Assembly: GCA_002189035.1 (NCBI GenBank)
Contig: CM007989.1
Coordinates: 5,146,001 to 5,210,000 of the forward strand
Source of the DNA: Utricularia gibba
Taxonomy: Eukaryota; Plantae; Magnoliophyta
Reading direction: 5' to 3'
DNA: 64,000 bases
Of the stretch, positions 39,079 through 51,272 are shown in pieces. A program made the translations under genes and the position numbers. The notes below the pieces were generated by a model. It was not told the origin of the DNA, ran no database searches, and saw only the letters and a program-made list of their open reading frames with translations. Positions within the stretch are counted from its first letter, which is position 1, and each line of letters opens with the position of its first letter.

Positions 39079-40379
39079 TGTTGCGTATCGTTTCCTCAAC
39101 AAATTTTAAATATTTAAAACGTAAAACACTAGAAAGCATAGTACGAGTATCGATCTCAGGGAGTTGTTTTTCGTGAAAGTGTTTTGTAAAGAAATTCTAC
39201 AAAATGTCACGGTTTTGTAAAAGAGGGTTTTTAAGATGCAGAAATAAAAGTTACAACCTAAGTAATGGACCTTGACTACGGTACGCAGTTCCTCGGAATA
39301 AGATTCCATCTCCTTCCTTTGTCCGTCCTTGCCTCGGTTTTCACTGATTTCTTCCGAATAGCTGCTAATAGGAGCAAGGAATAGCCTACTCTCCCTTACA
39401 CTATGATTGACAAGGAGGCACGGGAATAGCCTCATGTGATTCCCCCTTGGACGATTAGGAAGACAAGATGATTGCCTTCGATTGCCTTCAAAACCGAATT
39501 GCGCGTGTGTGCCCAGCTGTTGCCATTGGCCAAGGGCAGGTCCGAGGTCACAACCTGTCCACTGTCGCGGTACCTAGGCCACAAACAATTTGCTACTTCC
39601 CTCGAACCGGCAGGGTTGGAGTTGGTGCTCTTCACCTTGATCTTCACCAAAATCCGCGAGGAGTGGCCTGCTACTCATGGATCTTGACTAAAAGTCGTTG
39701 ACTACAACAAGACGCGTGGAAGTATGCGGAATCCGAATTGAATTCAGCGAAGAACCGAGTGTATTACTCAGGACTTGGAAGGAAACTTTATCTACTTCCC
39801 AGAAACTAAAGGTTCTTAGCCTGAAAGGGTCATGGAAACAGAAACAAAAAGAAACTAAGTGTTCTTCCTCCTTGAAGGTGAGGAAGGACTCAAAAGTCTA
39901 GGTATACAAAGGAAATGGCAAAAAGTTCGAAACTAAGTGCTCCAAGTGGTTTTTATATGACTTCCCACGTGCATTAACTCCTTTGGGTCCCCTTCCAATC
40001 ATTCCTTTTGTCTTGTGTGCGCCACCAGGCTTTCTTTGCGTGCAAGTTAGCGCCTAATCATTTCTGCAGACTTTGACATGCCGTAAGTCAGGGGCCATGA
40101 CCAGTGTCAGTCTTCTGCCCACAATTGTTCAAGTCACGTATAAGGCACGAAAAGTCAGACTCTGACCACCTGCAATACTCCTGCAACACTCCACGACAGT
40201 CTCTTGACATGTCTCGGTCAAAGTGTGAGAAAAAAGGCATAAAATATACACAAAATGGGAAAATAGGAATTTTCTAGTAAAAATCAAATACTTAATAATA
40301 AGACTCCTAATTTGGGCGACTTGATACATAATTAACACATAATAATACCTAATAATTAACTAGAACATGGCACTTAACA
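39079..40379 (-). repeat. 3' LTR, family F
   Basis: Minus strand TGTTAAG...GCAACA, 1301 bp, directly after the PPT. Confidence 0.93.
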
Positions 40380-40398
40380 TATTCTCCCACACTTAAAT
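40380..40398 (-). promoter_or_regulatory. Polypurine tract
   Basis: GATTTAAGTGTGGGAGAAT abutting the 3' LTR, similar to the Athila TTTAAGTTTGGGG pattern. Confidence 0.75.
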
Positions 40399-40639
40399 CA
40401 TGATTGTCCTCAAGTATGAAAATTATAGCAGTCCACGAAAAAGGGTAGAACCTAAGTAATGATGCATTACTAAGGTACAATGTTCCTACAGCAGGCGTTT
40501 ACTCCAATTTTTTTCCTATCCTTCAATTAAATTAAGGCAAGCCACTCAAGTTCGCATGCATCAGGTAAAGATTTAACTAATGACTACTTATACACTACAT
40601 CATCAAGTCAAAAACAGCAAAAAACATACACTATAGTTA

Positions 40640-41500
40640 GCAGCAGGGTGTGTTTGGTGGGGCTTGAAGGTGCAGTGTTGAGAGGAACGTCTGTTGACCA
40701 TATGGATTCACAATGGAGAAAGGCATAGAAATAATGGTACTTTTGGTACCCTCTTGTACGAAAACAGCCTTCCCCTCAACTTCCTTCAGGTAGCTGCAAG
40801 AAAACAAATCATCCAAATCCAGATACCGAAAATGATTGTCTACCTAAGGGGTCTGTTTTTCTAGGTTCACTTTCAAGTGTTGGGCGAGCTTGGTGATGAG
40901 AGAAGCAAATGGGAGCACTCTTTCATTCTTAGCTGTAATGGAGTGCATTTGAGTGGCAATCCACCATCCCAAATTGATGGGGAGCTTCTTCATCATCGCC
41001 AAGAAAAAGAACACGATCACCTTGGCAATGATGCTGGTGCCTTGTCGGGTTGCGCTATAACAGCCTCCCAAATACCTGTTCAAGACTAAAAGAGCAGGTG
41101 CCCTCAAGTAGTGGGCCTTGAGTTTGCGTACAGAAAATGGGGGCTCACAGACAGATATGGAAGCATAGGCATTCAACACATTGAAATGTTAAGGATAATC
41201 ACAGAATGCTTGGAGGTAACGAGTAGTGGCTAAATCAGATTCAGAAACAAAGCCTAAAGCCACATTAAAATCGTTTATAGACATGCAAAAGTTGTTGCCT
41301 CCAAGGCGGAAAGAAATCAAATTTTCAGCAAGGGGATTTCCAGCCACATCCTCAAACACAAAAGTTGTATAAAATTTGAAAACAAGTTTGGGATAAACTA
41401 GAAGACTAATTTCAGAAAATTTACGCCACTCAGGGGAAGCATCAAATAAACGGTTGATATCATCAAGTAGATTCAGATGCACCAATGTAGGCGTATGCAA
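40640..41500 (-). pseudogene. Athila 3' (env-like / putative plant transposon protein) ORF with two in-frame stops
   Basis: YPKLVFKFYTTF..ISFRLGG..MSINDFNVALG..DYP*HFNV..LPINLGWWIA..LPFASLITKLAQH..P*VDNH in one frame; motifs typical of Athila post-pol ORFs. Confidence 0.75.
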
Positions 41501-41614
41501 TTTGAAGTCAAATAAAATTCTGCGCGAGGTTAAGAGATTAAGTAGGAGTTGAGCATTCTTATCTCAAAATTTCATAGTGTTTTTCAGCTTAGTCCAAGCA
41601 GGGCACTCCAGTGC

Positions 41615-42225
41615 TCAGTCTCGCCAGAATTTTGTGCGACCGTGCTGTCCTTTACCACGCTGTGTGGGCTGAGTTGCTTCATCAACATCCTGTTCTCCGG
41701 GGAGAAACTCTAGGCATGGCCCTTCATTAGCGGCACGCTCCATTTCAGAGATCCAGAGATCAACCTCTTCGTAGATGGTGATCTCCTCAATGTCATCTTC
41801 GTCCTGTACTAGAGAAGGGGATGAGTGAATAATATGAATTTCTGGTTCCTTACCCTTTTCTCCAGTAATTTCCTCCGGTTGTATGGGCTGCGGGCTCTCG
41901 GGGGCAAAAATTGCTGCTGGGGAGTTTGGTTCTGAGGACTTAGGTGTGTCAGCAACAACAATAGCGGTAGCAGGGATTGGGTACCACTCTAGGTACAGCA
42001 CCGGAGACACAATAGTGAGAGGCGTGGCCTCAATCGAAACAGACTCAGTCGCAGCGCCTATAGATGGCTCATGAGCAGTGGAAACATAAGCTTCTGCTGG
42101 GTTATTGGTGCGGCGACGCTGGGTCCTTTGGGATGGTCCAGCAGCAGCAGGTTGGCGCTTCCGAGTTGCTGCCTGAGCAACACTTGCGCTTCAGGTACCC
42201 GGAGATGTTGGGCATCCAGACATGA
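41615..42225 (-). pseudogene. Additional ORF between pol and the env-like ORF (unknown function)
   Basis: MSGCPTSPGT*SASVAQAATRKRQPAAAGPSQRTQRRR...EEVDLWISEMERA...KFWRD*; about 200 codons with a single TGA at codon 11. Confidence 0.6.
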
Positions 42226-42483
42226 TGAGCAGAAAATTAAGAGAATCGGAGAATTTCAGGCGAGAGAATGAGAGGAATTGAAATGCAAGTCACAACAGCG
42301 AAGGGGGGTAATGGTCAGTGAAAATGGGAATGCCAAAAACGAGGAAAGAGTAACGGTTAAAGTAAAGTCACTTGGAGTAAGTGGGTGATTAAAATGAGGA
42401 AAGAGTAACGGTTACGAAATTAAAGTCATGGGTTGCCTCCCATGCAGCGCCAATTTAGAGTCTTTGGCCAACTGTGACACCTA

Positions 42484-45400
42484 TTAACGGCTCTCGACTA
42501 GCCACTTAGAACGTACTTCATTGACTTTAATCGGTGTCCATTGACTAGCCAATTTAAAATTCTCATAAAATGGCTTCAATCGGTGTCCATTGACTTTAAT
42601 GCTTTGCCCTGTCTCAAATGAACGAATAATAACAGCACCAGACGGAAAAACATTCACAACTTCATAAGATCCTAGCCACTTAGAACGTAGTTTACCGGGA
42701 AAGAGTTTCAAGGTAGTATCAACTAAGAGAACTTTTTGACCTACTAAAAATTGCTTCCCATGTAACTTACTGTCATGGAATCGTTTTACCTTTTCCTTGT
42801 GCAGGAGCTGGTTAGTGTAGGCATTGAGGCAAATTTCCTCCAGCTCATTTAGGTCTAAAAGTCTGCTCTCCCTAGCTTGATCGCTAGTCAGGTTGCATGA
42901 CTTGACGGCCCAGTATGCCCTGTGATGTAATTCAAAGAGTAGATGACATGCCTTACCATAGATCATTCGGTATGGAGACATTCCCATAGGATTCTTGTAA
43001 GTTGTACGGTATGCCCATAGTGCATCATTGAGCCTTAAGCTCCAATCTCGCCTATTTGGGTTAATGGTGCGCTCAGAGATCCTTTTCACCTCTCTATTTG
43101 ATACCTCCGCCATGCCATTTGTTTGGGGATGTCTATTGTGGAAAGGCGGTGGTTGACTCCATATTTGGTCAATGCACTCTTGATGGCATGATTCACAAAG
43201 TGGGTGCCACGATCTGAAATAATAATCTTGGGATGTCCAAACCTAGGAAACAAGATGTTAATCAAGAAATTACCCACGGTTTTGGCATCATCCCTTTCAC
43301 AAGCAATGGCCTCCACCCATTTAGAAACATAATCAACAGCAAGAAGGATGTAGAGCTTCCCTTGAGAAGGGGGAAATTGTCCCATGAAGTCAATGCCCCA
43401 TGCATCAAAGATCTCGCACATGATAATGGGTTGAAGGGGCATTTGATCCTTGTATCCCAAATTTCCACCTCTTTGACAATTTGAGCACACCTTGCAATAA
43501 AGGTGGACATCCTTGAATATGGTAGGCCAATAAAATCCAGCCTCTAGAACCTTCTTTGCAGTAACTTTTGCACCAAAATGTCCACCGCAAGGTAGCTTAT
43601 GACAATGTGAAAGAATAGAGTGCACTTCATCTTGGGGAATGCATCTCCTAATAATCTGATCAGCTCCAATTTTCCAGAGATATGGATCGTCCCAGATGAA
43701 GTTCAGGCTGTCACACCGCAATTTCTCCTTCTGGTAGTGCTGGAAATCTACAGGAAATTGTCTATCACTAAAAAATTTACGATGTCAGCGTACCAAGGAC
43801 TCTCGTCATGGATCATGAATAAGCGTTCGTCTGGGAAGCTGTCATCGATAAGACTTGATTTTTCACCAGAAGTGATGCGGCTGAGATGATCTGCAACTAG
43901 ATTCTCGGATCCTTTCTTGCCCTTGATCTCCAAGTTGAATTCTTGAAGCAATAAAATCCATCTAATGAGTCTAGGCTTCGAATCCTTCTTGGTGAGGGGG
44001 TATCTTAATGCGACATGGTCCGAATAGACTATCACTTTGACTCCTAACAAATAAGATTGAAATTTCTCCAAGGCAAACACAATGGCCAGTAGCTCATTTT
44101 CTGTAGTGGTGTAGCTCTTTTGGGCATCATCAAGGCACTTGGACGCATAGTGGATAACATGGTATTGTTTCTCCACCTTTTGTCCCAAAACCGCACCTAG
44201 AGCTACATCACTTGCATCACACATTAGTTCAAAGGGTAGACTCCAATTTGGAGCTTAAATAATGGGAGCTGAAACAAGCTTCTTTTTCAAAACATCAAAA
44301 GCAATCATACATTTTCATCAAAATGAAACTCAACATCCTTATGCAATAGGGCACATAGAGGAGATGCAATTTTCGAAAAATCTTGAATAAATCTACGATA
44401 AAAACCAGCATGTCCAAGGAAAGAACGTAGATCTCTCACACAAGTGGGATAAGGTAATTTTTGGATTACCTAAATTTTGGCCTTGTCAACTTCAATTCCT
44501 TTTTGGGAAACAACATGTCCTAAAATAATACCTTGTTCTACCATGAAATGACATTTCTAATAATTTAAAACAAGGTTAGTCTCAACACAACGCTTCAAAA
44601 TCAATGATAAATTAACAAGGCATTCATCAAAGCTATTTTCATAAACTGTAAAGTCATTCATAAAAACCTCTATAATATTTTCAACATATTCGGAAAAAAA
44701 TACTAACCATACATCTATGAAATGTTGCTGGTGCATTGCAAAATCCAAAAGGCATTTTATGGTAAGCAAAAGTACGGAAGGGGCAAACGAAAACAACCTT
44801 AGATTGATCCTCAAGAGCCACGGGTATTTGATGGAAACCGGAGTATCCATCCAAGCAACAATAATGGCTCCTTCCTGCAAGTCTTTCCAACATTTGGTCG
44901 ATGAATGGAAGTGGGTAGTGGTCCTTCTTGGTGGCTGCGTTCAGTTTTCGATAATCTATGCACATTCGCCAGCCATTTTGCACTCTGGTAGGTAGAAGTT
45001 CCCCTTGGTCATTGGCCATGACTGTGATACCTGTTTTCTTCGGAACAACCTGCACAGGGCTAACCCACTCACTATCAGAAATAAGATAGATTATACCTGC
45101 AGCCAACAACTTCAGAATCTCCTTCTTGACCACTTCAATCATAGGTGGATTCAATCTCCTCTGGGGTTGATGAATTGGTTTTGTTCCCTCCTCCAAATAA
45201 ATGCGATGTGTACATATGGAGGGGCTTATGCCTTTGATATCTGCCAACGTCCACCCAGTTGCCTGTTTGTGCTCCTGGAGCACACTCCTGAGTTGTTCCT
45301 CCTGTTCCAGGGTTAGTGTACTAGAGATAATAACAAGTAAAGTGTCATTTTCGCCCAAAAATAAATATTTCAAGTGTTTACGCAGAGTTTTTAACTCTAG

Positions 45401-46110
45401 TAATAGGGCATGAATAACGGAAGGAATCAGCAGTTTCCCAGGCATTTCTAAACTCAGAAAAGCAACGCCAGAGAATTCAGGCTTTTCAGGATAATAATCA
45501 AGATAACTTAAAAGTTCAGAATCAGAAAAAGAAATACGATCAGAATCAAAGTTTTTAGTAAGGCATTTGAGTAAGGGATCTTGCTCATGGACTATCACTA
45601 AGTGTTCCACATCTGCGTCAGATGTAGATATTGAGCAAATCTCGTTAATCTGGTCCGGGTACTGCATGGCTTTGTCCAGGCTCAAGTCCAGCACCTGTCC
45701 ATCGAAATGTAGGGAAATTGTGCCGGCTTGGACATCAATTTTGGTGCCTGCAGTAGCCATAAATAGTCGTCCCAAGATGATGGACTCCGAAATCATGGGA
45801 TTTTCGCTCTCCATGGGAATAACTAAAAAGTCAGCAAGAAAAATTAAATCTTTAACATGTACAAATACGTCATCAACTCTACCATCAGGCTTCACATGTG
45901 ATCTATCAGCTAATTGACAAACAACACTAGTAGGCTCAAGTTTACCTAGCTTAGATGCAAGAGAAAGATAAAGAGACCTAGGCATAACATTAACCGATGC
46001 TCCTAAATCACACATGGCCACCGAAATTTTGATTTCACCAATAGTAACAGGTATGGAAAACATACCTGAATCCTTACACTTTCGTGGAAGCCTTCTTTGA
46101 ATAATTGCAC
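42484..46110 (-). pseudogene. pol (protease, RT, RNase H, integrase)
   Basis: MCDLGASVNVM; WVSPVQVVPKK; WRMCIDYRKLN; IEVFMNDF (DD altered to ND); [15 protein letters not shown]; HKLPCGGH..CSNC; WGIDFMG; IISDRGTHF; KLRSKWLG. Several frameshifts and stops. Confidence 0.93.
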
Positions 46111-46127
46111 GACATGCATTTTGGTGG

Positions 46128-47470
46128 TGCTTTCGGCAAGAGACTTCACCATGGACTCCAAATTATGGTTCGGCTGATAAGGAACAAGAGGTTGATCTGG
46201 AACTCCATTGATTTGCAAAGGTTGAGGCGGAGCAGTGGGAGTTTTCTGAGAAATAGCAGAAGGGTTCCCTAGAAATGGGGCTTGACCAGGAGGTACTGGT
46301 TGTCTCCAGTGGAAACCAGGATGATCTCTTCGCGGCATTTGGTAGTTTCCGTAGTTATAACTTCCTCCTTGGTTCTGGTAAAAGGCGTTCACCTCTTCTG
46401 TTGGCACCTCATATATCATAGGTCCTGGATCAAAATAATGAGACGTTGAAGATCCTTGATTCCTTCCTTGTTGTTGGAGAAGTGATTGGAAGCCAAGCTT
46501 CAAAGTATCACTCATAGCAGCAAGTTGAGCTAAAACTTCAGAATTATCCACTTCGTGCACTGATTTTACAGGTTGAGAATTTCCTCCAGGGGCTCGGTAT
46601 AAGTAGTCATAACGGCTAGAAGTAGAATAAGAGTTGGCAGCCATTTGTTCTATCAATCTTCGGGCGTCAGCACTGTGGCGGTTCTCTAGTAATGACCCAT
46701 TAAAAGTGGCATCCATTTGTCCTCTGATCATGGGGGCCAGTCCTTCGTAAAAATGTTGTAAAATTTGGCCTTCAGTGAGTCCATGCTGTGGATAAGTATT
46801 ACAGATCCGGTTGAATCTATCATAATACTCCTGTAAATTCTCTCCTTCACATTGTAGCATGGTGGCTAAAGCTCTTCTTCCCGTAGAGGCTCTCCCTAGG
46901 GGCGCATATCTATCAAGAAATTTCTGAACCATTTGCTCCCAGGTTGCAATAGAGGATGGTGGTAGTCCATACAGCCACTCAAGAGCTCGCTCAGTGAGAC
47001 TAAAAGGGAAGACCCGCAGCTTGACTTGGTTCTCCATAGCACCTTTTGGGTGCATGGACGCACAAGCCGTGTGCAACTCTCTAAGATGACGATTTGGGTC
47101 GTCATTTTCTCTCCCAGTGAACTTAGGAATTGTCTGGAACAGATATGGGCGAAGCTCAAAGTCCTCTTCCATGTCAAAGTGGTCGGTCAGCATGGCTGGC
47201 GGTGATTTCTTCTTTTATGGTCCTTAGTGCTGGGCCATGATTAGCGAGCGGCAGAACTGGAAAAAATTGCGGATGTTGTTGCTCTTGTTCTCCATGCATT
47301 GTGGGGACTCCAGTAGGTGGTTGAGCAGCCATTTCCTCGTCAGTGGATGAACCAGAAATTAATTCTCTCTTTTTCGCCAGAAATGTTTGCTCAATCTCCG
47401 GATCTAAGGGGCACAAGATGTCTCGATACGATCTCAACCTTCGGTGACCCTCTGGTGGAGCTGAATGCAT
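46128..47470 (-). pseudogene. gag with a frameshift near 47190 and a deleted C-terminus
   Basis: MHSAPPEG..LDPEIEQTF.. then FELRPYLFQTIPKFTGRENDDPNRHL..LRVFPFSLTERALEWL; joins abruptly to ACRAIIQRRLPRKCKD near 46128. Confidence 0.9.
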
Positions 47471-47582
47471 AAAAACAGAGAAAAACAGCAGCAAAACGGA
47501 AATAAAAGAAAAAAGGAAGAAAGAAAGAAAAAGAAAAGAAAAAGAAAAACTATACACAACACTAAACACAAAAATACGCAAC

Positions 47583-47600
47583 TCCCTGGCAACGGCGCCA
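47583..47600 (-). promoter_or_regulatory. Primer-binding site complementary to the tRNA-Asp 3' end
   Basis: TGGCGCCGTTGCCAGGGA, 6 nt after the 5' LTR; plant tRNA-Asp ends ..CCCCGGCAACGGCGCCA (one mismatch). Confidence 0.9.
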
Positions 47601-47606
47601 AAAATT

Positions 47607-48880
47607 TGTTGTGTGTCGTTTCCTCAATAAATTTTAAATAGTTAAAATATAAAACACTAGAAAGCGTAGTATGAGTATCGATCTCAGGGAGTTGTTTTTC
47701 GTGAAAGTGTTTTGTAAAGAAATTCTACAAAATGTCACGGTTTTGTAAAAGAGGGTTTTTAAGATGCAGAAATAAAAGTTATAACCTAAGTAATGGACCT
47801 TGACTATGGTACGCAGTTCTTGGGAATAAGATTCCATCTCCTTCCTTTGTCCATCCTTGCCTCGATTTTCACTGATTTCTTCCGAATAGCTGCTAATAGG
47901 AGCAAGGAATAGCCTACTCTCCCTTACACTCTGATTGACAAGGAGGCACGGGAATAGCCTCATGTGATTCCCCTTGCACGATAAGGAAGACAAGATGATT
48001 GCCTTCGATTGCCTTCAAAACCGAATTGCGCGTGTGTGCCCAGCTGTTGCCAATGGCCAGTGGCAGGTCCGAGGTCACAACCTGTCCACTGTCGTGGTAC
48101 CTAGGCCACAAACAATCTGCTACTTCCCGCGAACCGGCAGGGTTGGAATTGGTGCTCTTCACCAAAATCCGCGAGGAGTGGCCTGCTACTCATGGATCAT
48201 GACTAAAAGTCGTTGACTACAACAAGAAGCGTGGAAGTATGCGGAATCCGAATTGAATTCAGCGAAGAACCAAGTGTATTGCTCAAGACTTGGAAGGAAA
48301 CTTCATCTACTTCTCAGAAACTAAAGGTTTTTAGCCCGAAAGGGCCATGGAAACAGAAACGAAAAGAAACTAAGTGTTCTTCCTCCTTGAAGGGGAGGAA
48401 GGACTCAAAAGTCTAGGTCTACAAAGGAAATGGCAAAAAGTTCGAAACTAAGTGCTCCAAGTGGTTTTTATATGACTTCCCACGTGCATTAACTCCTTTG
48501 GGTCCCCTTCCAATCATTCCTTTTGTCTTGTGTGCGCCACCAGGCTTTCTTTGCGTGCAAGTTAGCGCCTAATCATTTCTGCAGACTCTGACATGCCGTA
48601 AGTCAGGGGCCATGACCAGTGTCAGTCTTCCATCCACAATTGTTCCAAGTCGCGTATAAGGCACGAAAAGTCAAACTCTGACCACCTGCAATACTCCCGC
48701 AACACTCCACCACAGTCTCCTGACATGTCTCGGTCAAAGTGTGAGAAAAAGGCATAAAATATACACAAAATGGGAGAATAGGAATTTTCTAATAAAAATA
48801 AAATATTTAATAATAAGACTCCTAATTTGGGCGACTTGATACATAATTAACACATAATAATACTTAATAATTAACTAGAA
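47607..48880 (-). repeat. 5' LTR, family F (first ~14 bp missing)
   Basis: Direct repeat of 39079-40365. Confidence 0.93.
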
Positions 48881-51271
48881 AATGACAATTGGTACATTAA
48901 CAATGAAACCATATCTCACAACAGGGTTACGTTGTCGGACTGATCTTCTGGCAGAAAACGTGCTTGGTACATTTGGCAAGTCAGATTGCTCAGGTTGATT
49001 GCTCACAGGTACATTACAAGCTTCTGGGACACAATTACGAGATGGTGAGCCTAGATTACCTTTTGAGTCACCCACTGGCATCTCTATAGGTGTCACTCGC
49101 TCGTTCTCAAACATCTCCTCAAGTTCAAAACGACTCCCATTTGCTTCTTTGAGGAGAAACTCTTTCTCCAAAAAGACAGCTTTCCTCGAGATGAAAACCT
49201 TTCCCTCTTGAGGATTATAGAAGTAGTATCCCATGGTTTCTTGTGGATATCCCAGAAAGAGACACTTGTCAGATTTGTTCTCCAACTTATCTGACTTCAA
49301 CCTTCTTACATAAGCAAGGCATCCCCAAGCTTTGAGGTAGGAGAAACTCGGTTTTCTACCAGTCCAAATCTCATAAGGAGTGGTTTCATCCGATTTCGAT
49401 AGGGCTTTGTTCAAAACATGAGCCGCTGCCTCTAAAGCATATCCTCACATGGACTTTGGTAGTTCTGCAAAACTCATCATGGATTGAACCATGTCAAGAA
49501 AAGTTCAATTTCTCCTCTCAGAAACACCATTGTGCTCACGTGTATCAGGAGGAGTTCTTTCTGAGACAATACCATTGTCATTCAGATGATTATTGAATTC
49601 ATTACTCAAGTATTCCCCACTACGATTTGAGCGAAGTTGCTTGATGGAACGCTCAAGCTGGTTCTCGACCTCCATCCGAAACTCTTTGAACTTTTCGAAG
49701 GCTTCAGATTTTCGTTTCATCAAGTAGATGCGTCCATATCTTGAATGGTCATCTGTAAAAGTGATGAAATACGAGAAACCCCCTCTAGCAGTGATGCTCA
49801 TTGGACTGCATACATCAGAATGTATTAAATCCAATAAGTTTTCAGCTCTTGCTCCTTTTCCTAGAAAAGGTTGCTTTGTCATTTTTCCCAATAAACAAGA
49901 TTCGCATGTTTCATAAGATTCAAAATCTTCTGAGTCCAAATATCCCAAACGATATAAGTACTCAACACGCTTCTTGTTTATATGGCCTAAATGACAATGC
50001 CAGAGGTAAGAATTCAAGATGTTGTCAATCCTTGGCCTTTTTATGCACGTTAATCTGTTCTGAATCATGCTGATCCAAAACATATATTCCGTTTACTATT
50101 GTGGCAGTACCATAATGCACACTCCCTCTTCGTATGGAACAACAATTGTTCTTTATATAAAACTCGAAACCAATCTTGTCCAAACAAGAAATAGAGACGA
50201 TGTTCTTAGACAATGACAGAACACAATAAACAGAATCTAATTCAAGAGATAATCCAGAAGGTAGGGCGATGTGGCAAGTCCCAACTGCCATGGCAGCAAC
50301 CCGTGCACCATTCCCAACTCTTAGGTCAACATCGCCTTTCTTCAAGATTCTACTACTTATTAGGTCCTGCATGTTAGTGCAAATGTGAGCACCACAACCA
50401 TAATTTAACACCCAAAAACCATTCTTCATAGTAGTATTAATCTCAATCATGTGTATACCTGAAGCTGAATTCTCATTCTGCTTCTTGCCCTTGATTGACT
50501 CTAGATAGGTTTTGCAGTTTCTCTTCCAATGACCAGATTTCCCACAATGAAAGCATTCACCCTTAGCTGGTTTTTCAACAGTCTTCTTCTTCTTGATCTC
50601 ACTTTTAGCTTTGAGTTTCTTGTCTTGACTCTTCTTCTTGGAAACCTTTTTCCTTGAAGGGACAAGTATGACATTCTTTTGTTCCTTTATGATAGTTGTC
50701 TCAACAGGCTTGAGTAACTGAATCAATTTAGAAACAGTTTGATCCATCTTGTTCATCTGATAGTTCATCACAAATTGTGAGTAGCTATCAGGTAGTGAGG
50801 TAAGGATTAAGTCAATACTCAAGTCCTTATCCAACACAAAACCAAGAGTGGACAACTTCTCAATGTAACTCAACATCAATGTCGCATGATCAGCAGCAGA
50901 ACTTCCTCTGCCAAGCGACAATTGAACAACAGCTTTGATGTCTTGAACCTTTCAAGTCATGAGTGCTCACCAAACAGATCCTTGAGGTGTATTATCATCT
51001 GTTGCCAAGTCATCGCCTCATACTGTTTTTGGAGATCAGGGGCCATCGAAGCAAGCATGATACAGGAGACAAGCTCAGCATCATCTAGATACTTTTGATA
51101 TGCACACCGAACATCTTCTGCTGTATTAGCCCTGGGTTGTGCAGGAACATCTTGCTCAAGGATGTAAGCAATCTTCTCCGGCTTGAGAACAATTCTCAAA
51201 TTGTGGTGCCAATCAGTAAAATTCGAGCCAACCAACTTGTTGGACTCTAGGAGTGTGAATTTGAGATCCAT
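48881..51271 (-). pseudogene. Angela-type copia gag-protease-integrase, truncated at both ends
   Basis: NKLVGSNFTDWHHNLRIVL; ECFHCGKSGHWKRNC; WVLNYGCGAHIC; LWHCHLGHIN; HSDVCSPM; FTDDHSRYG; HNGVSERRN; TPYEIWTGRKP. Confidence 0.9.
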
Positions 51272-51272
51272 T

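Larger units (their letters stand above)
39079..48880 (-). mobile_element. Athila-type Ty3/gypsy retrotransposon (family F), near full length, defective
   Basis: Two LTRs about 95% identical by eye, tRNA-Asp PBS, PPT, gag-pol and two 3' ORFs. The 5' LTR lacks its first ~14 bp and there is no matching TSD. Confidence 0.95.
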
